Shown: one piece after another, positions 57,771 through 64,000 of the stretch
Layout of the letters: the number at the start of each line of letters is the position of its first letter
Numbering within the stretch: position 1 is the stretch's first letter
Assembly: GCA_963764725.1 (NCBI GenBank)
Contig: CAVXTM010000010.1
Coordinates: 207,989 to 271,988 of the forward strand
Direction: 5' to 3'
DNA length: 64,000 nucleotides
DNA from: an uncultured Gammaproteobacteria bacterium
GTDB taxonomy: Bacteria; Pseudomonadota; Gammaproteobacteria; JACCXJ01
Position numbers and translations under genes: made by a program
Notes under the pieces: generated by a model
What the model saw: only the letters and a program-made list of their open reading frames with translations
The model's database searches: none
Told to the model about the DNA's origin: nothing

Positions 57771-58734
57771 TCAAGTTCCACGTGATCCAGGACGGAAGTT
57801 CCTTTGCGGTCAAGGACAGCTTGGGTGATGTTTTCCCCGGTCGCTTTAAGCGCGTGAGCCCCGCGGCGGTGGAATTGCACGTCAGCATGGATTTCTTGAA
57901 CGAAGCGCTGGAGCATATCACCCTGACCCCCGACACCTTCGGTGAGCGGGCCGAGCTTCCCGACCCTGGGAGTTTATCCGGCTGCCTATTGCTCGCCGAC
58001 CGCGGTTACTTCAGCTTGCCCTATGTGGGGGAGATGATAAAGGCGGGGGCGAGCTTGGTGCTGCGGACCAAGACCAACCTCAATCCGTGGGTGGTCAACG
58101 CCTATGGGAAAGCGGGTAAGCGCCTACGGCGGTTGTGTGGGAAGCCGTTGCGGGAAGTGGTCGAACGATTTCCCAAAAAGACCCCGGTAGACCTCGATGT
58201 ATGCTGGCGGAATGCACAGCACCAACGTCTCCTGTCGCCTGGTGGTGAGCTTCAATCCGAAGACCCGTGAATTCCGCTACCTCCTCACCAACCTCTCCCG
58301 TACCCGCTATGCTGCCGAGCAGGTCGGTTTGGCCTACAAGCTCCGCTGGCAGATCGAGCTCCTGTTTAAAGAGTGGAAATCCTACGCGAACCTGCATGCC
58401 TTCGACACCGGCAAATCCGAGATCGCCGAAGGTCTCATCTGGGCCGCCATCGCCGCCGCGACGGTGAAACGTTATCTCGCGCATCTCACCCAGCAGCTTG
58501 CCCACGTGGACATCTCTACCCGCAAGGTGGCCATGTGTGCGCACCATGTGATGAGCGGCATTGTAAAGGCTCTCCTCGATGGTCGCCTCTCTCGAATTCG
58601 TAAGGCAATCAACAACGCCGTCGCCTTTCTTGCAACCAATGCCCGCCGGGCACACCCTGAACGCGACAGGCGAAGCGGACGCCTCGAACTGAATTTGGAA
58701 CCAGTTTTCAACGCGGCTTAAGTACCTAACTATG
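57771..58734 (+). pseudogene. IS4-family transposase remnant (5'-truncated, frameshift near 58215) with putative right end
   Basis: IQDGSSF, LLADRGYF, YKLRWQIELLFKEWKS (YREK motif); candidate end CTTAAGTACCTAACTATG at 58717-58734. Confidence 0.85.
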
Positions 58735-60376
58735 AACCCGGCATAGCCGGAACCAAAGTGTTAAATGTACTATTCTGGCGGATGGGCAATAAAGATTGAG
58801 ATGAGTTGTCACCATGAATCCCTTTGTCGAACGCCATCAAGAGAAGATCGCCGCGGTGCTTTGTTGCTTTGACCGCATCGTGATCACTGGCACGCTTCCG
58901 GAGATCGCCCATGCCGAGGCCATGGCCCGGTATTTGGGTGTCCGGGGTATGCGTCTGTTTGACTACCCCCGCTGGGCGGAACCGCTGCGCGAGGCGCTTC
59001 GGACCCATGCCGAGGGGCTGGCCGCTGAGGCTTGTTTGGAAATCGAGTTCATCCGCCATTACAAGGCGTTTCGCAAAGAAGAACGGATCAAAGCGATTTT
59101 GGCTTTGCGCGGTGAGCACCCGGGGCTGGTGCATATCTTCTCGGCGATGGAGGCCTGTCCTTCGTATCGCCCCTGGCATGACAAGCTTCAGCATACGACC
59201 CGTTTGAAGTCTACCCCGGGCAAGTGTTTGCATTATTACTTCTATTTCATCGATGAGATCTTCGGGCTCTGTTATGTCCGAGTACCCACCTGGGCGCCGT
59301 TTCGCCTGCAAGTCTACTTGAACGGCCATCACTGGTTGGCCCACCGACTGGCAAAGGCAGGGATCGCCTTTGAGCGCGCCGATAATGCCTTCTTGTCCAT
59401 CGGCGATCCCCGCCGTGCTCAGTCGCTTGCCGATAGCCTCGATCCCAAAGGCTTGCATCGTCGTCTGGATAAATGGGCCAAGCACTTCTGCCCCATCGTG
59501 GGTCACTTTCACAGTGCTTACCACTGGAGCTTCATGCAGGTGGAGTTCTCGACCGATGTCATCTTCCACCGCCAAGCCGATTTCCAACCCCTCTATCAAG
59601 CCATCGTGCGTACCGCCGTGCATGCCCTCAAGGCAGAACACGTCGCCACCTTCTTGGGACGCAAACTCACCTCGGCCTTCAGCGGGGAGGCCGGTAACGA
59701 TTTTCACACCCGCATTCAGGGTACACGCATCCGCCACCATATGGGGCCAGCGAGCCTCAAGCTCTACGATAAATTCAGTCTCATGGCTCGGGTGGAATGC
59801 ACCGCCAACGATGTCTCCTTCTTCAAACACCACCGCTTCGTGGAACAACGCAATGGGCGCAAGCAATTCAAACTCGCACCCCTGCGAAAAAACATCTATA
59901 GCCTCCCCGATCTGCGAGAGCTGATGCATGCTGCCAATGAACGCTATCTCAGCTTCATGGCCAGCATCGATAACCCCATTGCAGCTCTGCACGCCATCGA
60001 CAAAATGGCTAAACCCATACGAGAGAACGACCGCTCCTATCGGGGCTTCAATCTCTTCCTCCGTGAAGATCATAGCCTTTTTATCACCCTCGCCCGCGGG
60101 GAGTGGAACATCAGCGGCTTTCGCGCTTCCGATCTCCGAGCCCATCTCCGGGATCTCTCCACCGGCCGTGCCTCCTACTGGTTGAAACGCTTGCGCACCC
60201 ATGGCCTCATCAAGAAGATCGGACATCGCTACAAGTACTACCTCACTACCTTCGGTCGTCGTGTGCTCACCACCGCACTCGCTATCCGAGAGTATGTGGT
60301 CATGCCTTCTCTCGGTACGGCCGCCGCATGACACTCTTTGCTTTTTTGCACAAGATTTCATGGATAAGGGACTAAC
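58735..60376 (+). mobile_element. Putative unclassified mobile element without TIRs (ends approximate)
   Basis: One 505-aa ORF, a left-end hairpin CCGGC-ATA-GCCGG (58738-58750) and short non-coding ends; lies among other IS elements. Confidence 0.55.
58814..60331 (+). CDS. Transposase-like protein with a Rep-like KxYDK/RxE core and C-terminal winged helix
   Basis: FDRIVITGTL, HYYFYFID, QVEFSTD, LKLYDK...RVECT, LKRLRTHGLIKK...YYLT; intact ORF. Confidence 0.75.
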   Translation: MNPFVERHQEKIAAVLCCFDRIVITGTLPEIAHAEAMARYLGVRGMRLFDYPRWAEPLREALRTHAEGLAAEACLEIEFIRHYKAFRKEERIKAILALRGEHPGLVHIFSAMEACPSYRPWHDKLQHTTRLKSTPGKCLHYYFYFIDEIFGLCYVRVPTWAPFRLQVYLNGHHWLAHRLAKAGIAFERADNAFLSIGDPRRAQSLADSLDPKGLHRRLDKWAKHFCPIVGHFHSAYHWSFMQVEFSTDVIFHRQADFQPLYQAIVRTAVHALKAEHVATFLGRKLTSAFSGEAGNDFHTRIQGTRIRHHMGPASLKLYDKFSLMARVECTANDVSFFKHHRFVEQRNGRKQFKLAPLRKNIYSLPDLRELMHAANERYLSFMASIDNPIAALHAIDKMAKPIRENDRSYRGFNLFLREDHSLFITLARGEWNISGFRASDLRAHLRDLSTGRASYWLKRLRTHGLIKKIGHRYKYYLTTFGRRVLTTALAIREYVVMPSLGTAAA

Positions 60377-60579
60377 AGCGCCGCGTGATCGAAGGCCGCC
60401 TCCACCGCGCTGTTGATCTCCGGAAAATGCTGAACCGTCCGCGGCGCCCACACGCCTGAAGCAGCCCTGGTTATGGGTATAGGGTATAGACTTTTAAACG
60501 CCCTTCGTCGACAAGAAAAGTACCGCTGGGCCCTGTGGGCTATCAAACACGCGAAATCTCGGTCCAGAATTGGAAATTT

Positions 60580-60914
60580 TACTGATGGTCACCTCGGGCT
60601 ATGCATTGCTGCCTGCTCGTCGCGCCCCTGTCTACTCGGCCACCAAGGCCGGTCTACGCGCGTTTACCCGCGCCCTTCGCTATCAGCTCGAGGGTAGCGG
60701 GATCCGTGTGGTTGAAACCTTACCCCCCATCGTCGATACGCCGCTGACCGCCAATATTCGCGGACGTAAGATGAGCCCTGCAGCGGTGGTCGATGCGGCG
60801 CTACGCGCGATCGAGCGCGGTCGAGACGAGGTGTTCGTCGGCCAGGTAAGATATCTCCCCTGGCTCATGCGCCTGGCACCCGGCCTGGCAGCACACCTTG
60901 TGGCCAACTCTTGA
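60580..60914 (+). pseudogene. C-terminal fragment of an SDR oxidoreductase
   Basis: VTSG, YSATKAG (YxxxK), PPIVDT; no Rossmann GxxxGxG N-terminus visible. Confidence 0.75.
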
Positions 60915-61033
60915 ACGGGTAGCGCTCCTCCTGCGGAGAGTGCCGGTCGCGATGCGCTGAATAATGGACCGCATGAGAAGGGCCGGATTCGGATAATAGG
61001 GATTCGCCTGGACCGCTCATCATGGCTTCTAGT

Positions 61034-61870
61034 CTACGCAAGGGTGACTTCGGGCGGCGTCGGCTTTTGCATTAGCCAGTCCTTGGTAAGGCAGGCTTTA
61101 ACCAGCGCAAGCAGATCCTGGAAATCGGACACGACAGCATCGGGCTTGTGTGGGTGCTCGGGCGTCACGGGAAAAATCTGCGCCAGCCACTGGGGGCTCC
61201 AGGCAGCGCCATTATAGAAAACGTTGGTGATGCCAGCGGTCTTCGCGGCCACCGTGTCCGTGGTGCTGTCTCCCACATACCAGCAATCCGGACCGGGCTT
61301 TCGCTTGAGATTCGAAAGCGCTTTGAGGATCACATCCGGTGCGGGCTTTCTCTTGCCGCAGGCATCGCCGCCGACCACGGTAGAGAACTGCTCGCGCCAA
61401 GCGCCGGAATCCACCACATCCAGCTCGTGGTCCAGGAATTCCCGCTTGCGATTGGTACACACACCCAGTATCAAGCCCAGCCCCTTAAGCTCCTGCAGTA
61501 CTTGCGCGATACTCTCCTCAAACGGGTGAACCTCACCGTAATGGGTGCGGTAGTGGCGATCGAACTCCTCGTGCGCAGAGTGCTTGGCTTGCTCATCCCG
61601 ACCGAAAAGGACCTCGAAGAGATCCGTGCGCGAGACCTTTTTCTCCGCCTCCACCTTTGGATGCAATCGCTGGAGCTCTCGCACGTAGGCGACCAGCTTC
61701 GCATCCTCGGCATTCTTGCTCTCCCCCGGTGGGGTCAAGTGATCGATGAGCCCTAAATCGACGATGTTAGCCAGCATATCATCGATGGCGTGATAGACGG
61801 CATCGAGGGTGTCGACCAAGGTGGCATGCCAATCAAACAGAATCACCGTTGGGGATGCAAGCGTAGGCAT
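61034..61870 (-). CDS. HAD-family hydrolase
   Basis: ILFDWHATLVDT (variant motif I), CTN, KPAPD, YVGDSTTD. Confidence 0.88.
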   Translation of the reverse strand: MPTLASPTVILFDWHATLVDTLDAVYHAIDDMLANIVDLGLIDHLTPPGESKNAEDAKLVAYVRELQRLHPKVEAEKKVSRTDLFEVLFGRDEQAKHSAHEEFDRHYRTHYGEVHPFEESIAQVLQELKGLGLILGVCTNRKREFLDHELDVVDSGAWREQFSTVVGGDACGKRKPAPDVILKALSNLKRKPGPDCWYVGDSTTDTVAAKTAGITNVFYNGAAWSPQWLAQIFPVTPEHPHKPDAVVSDFQDLLALVKACLTKDWLMQKPTPPEVTLA

Positions 61871-62515
61871 AGCAAGCTAATACTACAAGAAGTTACTCCG
61901 AGAGCTACTGTTCGCCCGTTGACGATCGTGCCCCGGCAGCGGTCTTAGCCGAGCCCGGCGTCATTGCTCGTTTGCTGCGTGTTCCTCTGCCGGTCGCACT
62001 TGAACAACTGGCTCAGCATGCGTGTATTCGTCCACCCACTGGGAAGGGCGTCGGTCTCCGGCGATGGTCGATCATGGCTCTATGCTTTCCCCGTATTCCG
62101 CCGCCTCTCCACCAAAAATCTAGTTGCGCTGGTATGTCCCGGTTAGTTGCACCTGGCCGAGGATATGATCCCGCATCGCGTATTCCAGGGCTGCCGCAGT
62201 CGGGTTGCCGAGATCGGGCAACACCACATCGAGCGCATAGAGCTTGTGGAAGTAGCGATGGCGGCCGATCGGCGGGCAGGGCCCCCCGTACCCCGTGCGC
62301 TTCCAGTCGTTTAACCCCTCGCGTGTGCCGGACGGCAGATCGCGCAGAGCGACCGTCTCCGGGAGCCCGGCGACGGTCGGCGGAAGGTTGTAGAGCACCC
62401 AGTGCACCCAGGTCATCTTCGGGGCTGCCGGATCGGGGGCGTCAGGGTCGTCGAGGATGAGGGCCAGGCTTTTCGTTTCCGAGGGAATTCCGGTCCAGGC
62501 CAATGGCGGTGAGAT

Positions 62516-63028
62516 TGTATTGCTCCGATTTCCCCGGACACGATGTAAAGTTTGACATGAGGTTTGTGGCGTGAAGGGGAACGGCTATGGGCAAGAAATC
62601 GGAAATGAGCGTTGAACAACGTACGCAACTGGTGGTGCGGATGCTGAGCAAGGAGGAGCCGGCGGCGCAGATTGCGCGGCGGGCGGGGATTGCCGAGGCG
62701 ACGCTGTACCGCTGGCGTGATGAGTTCATCAATGCTGGCAAGCGGGCGCTGAATGGAGGTGGCGCGGAGACGCTGGCGGCCAAGGAGAGTGCACGGCTGA
62801 ATGCGCAACTGGCCGAGCGTGACCAGGTGATTGGCGAGCTGACCATTGCCAATCGCATTTTAAAAAAACTCTCGGGCGGCTCGCCCTGAGTGCCGAGTTC
62901 CGTGCCATGGTCACCCAACTGATTGAAACGGCGGAATCCCCGGTGCGGCTGAAGCGGTTGCCTGATACCGGTGAACACTCTCACAAAATCAGGTCAGACG
63001 TGTCCAGTTGATTTCGGAGCCAAGAACA
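62516..63028 (+). mobile_element. Internally deleted IS3-family element (513 bp)
   Basis: TG...CA imperfect TIRs and 4-bp TSD AGAT (62512-62515 and 63029-63032); orfA present with an A7 slippery tract; orfB nearly absent. Confidence 0.88.
62587..62889 (+). CDS. IS3-family OrfA (HTH) protein
   Basis: IARRAGIAEATLYRWRDEF, leucine zipper, ILKK ending. Confidence 0.85.
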   Translation: MGKKSEMSVEQRTQLVVRMLSKEEPAAQIARRAGIAEATLYRWRDEFINAGKRALNGGGAETLAAKESARLNAQLAERDQVIGELTIANRILKKLSGGSP

Positions 63029-63552
63029 AGATGTCTTTGCCGTCGCAGGTGTATGCTTGGGGGATGGTGCCGTTGTGGGTGAAGGCCGACGAAGTCAGTG
63101 ACAGGCTCATGGGTTTTGCCTCCTTCTCACCCGCGAGGCCATGGGCCACCAGCGCGAGCAGGCACAGCGTGACGATGATGCATCCGATCGCGGACCGATG
63201 CATGGAACACGTTCCCTCCTTGCCTGCGGGATTTGCCGTTGCCATCATAGACAGCGTGCCGCAGTTCCTCGTGCAGAATTGTGTTTGCCTTATGCAGCCA
63301 AGGCCAGAGTCATGGCGCTGGCGGAACGAGTGCCGCTACCGTTGGCATGCTGCACTTGCCGCGGTAGCGAGACCAACCCAGTCAGATCAGCCTCGCATGG
63401 CCATCTGTACCGCGGTGTCGGTGTTCCACCTGTGTCCTCCCACACGGTTCCACCGTTTCGCTGTATTAACGATGCACCTTGTTTACCGCATCATGTTCTG
63501 CGCAAGCAGCCGTCCAAAAATTACGGAGATAGGTGCCGCGTTTCGCAAGCTT

Positions 63553-63648
63553 TCAATCTTTAGACTGAGTGTGAAGCCCGACGGCACTCGCATAGAACTC
63601 TACAGCCTTATCAAGGTCGTCGACGTCAATGTTGATTAGTAGCTTCAT
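63553..63648 (-). pseudogene. N-terminal fragment of a VOC/glyoxalase protein
   Basis: Manual translation MKLLINIDVDDLDKAVEFYASAVGL, followed by a premature stop. Confidence 0.55.
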
Positions 63649-63764
63649 CGTTGTCACTGGATACACACCCGGGTCACAGTAGGGCGTCGGACTGCCTGGG
63701 CGCACGTGAAGGTTGCGGGTCGCTCCTTTGGTGTTGGACGGTCGGTCCTACACCTACCATCCTA

Positions 63765-64000
63765 TTAATGCCATGCGGCGGGATCCACCCGGTAGTAGTC
63801 CCGCAGCGCCGCGTAGAGCGCAGGGTGCTCTCTAGACAGGCGTTCCGGCTGTTCGAAGAAGGACTCTGTGGCCACGGCGAAGAACTCGCCGGCGTCCTCG
63901 GCGCCGTAGTGGGCCATGACCGTCGCCTCCCCGCGCGACGCCTTGTCGCGCAGCGTCCGGAACTCACTGCCCAGCACTTCCGCCCACATCCGGTAACCGG
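63765..64000 (-). CDS. MtfA-like (M90) zinc peptidase, 3' end
   Basis: YGAEDAGEFFAVATESFFEQP...LYAALRDYYRVDP; the start is beyond the right edge. Confidence 0.85.
   Translation of the reverse strand, partial: GYRMWAEVLGSEFRTLRDKASRGEATVMAHYGAEDAGEFFAVATESFFEQPERLSREHPALYAALRDYYRVDPAAWH

Larger units (their letters stand above)
62120..63200 (-). pseudogene. YbhB/YbcL (PEBP) family protein interrupted by a mini-IS3
   Basis: LTSSAF...YTCDGKDI joins SPPLAW...DDPDAP...WVHWVLYN...GYGGPCPP...HRYFHKLYALD in frame after IS removal; start approximate. Confidence 0.88.

Noticed and set aside
58730-60451. 573-aa antisense ORF
   Set aside because: It mirrors the 505-aa plus-strand protein, which carries the conserved motifs; long antisense frames are common in GC-rich genes.
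62971-63639. 222-aa plus-strand ORF
   Set aside because: It spans an IS end and the antisense strands of the ybhB-like and VOC fragments, with no protein-like motifs.

Overview
GC-rich gammaproteobacterial chromosome segment. Bases 1-33 kb and 46.5-53.5 kb are mostly core genes: gltB (5' part), a DamX-like gene, aroBK, pilMNOPQ, mrcA, priA, argS, a SPOR protein, regBA, pgi, smc, zipA and ligA. The regB-regA operon is split by a GHKL ATPase gene flanked by a partial regA duplication. Bases 33.5-46.3 kb form a defence island: type III-like Res, an MNT-HEPN toxin-antitoxin pair, Mod and a TIGR04255-like three-gene cassette. The mod gene is the most unusual object in the window and carries three in-frame palindromic insertions. 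Two are REP-like hairpins, each hit by an RNA-guided IS110/IS1111 recombinase element whose guide segments, junction promoter and frame-restoring excision can be read from the sequence; one of these has an IS1595 nested in its left end. The third is a 432-nt inverted-repeat-bounded cassette that encodes a complete four-helix-bundle protein in the +1 frame while leaving the Mod frame open. From about 53.5 kb the window holds a tRNA-Arg 3' fragment (att site), IS1182, higBA, an IS4 remnant, an unclassified element with a Rep-like KxYDK..RxE protein, and a mini-IS3 inside a ybhB-like gene. Many single-base indels in res/mod and one in smc are probably sequencing errors. All family assignments come from motif recognition by eye; no searches were run.
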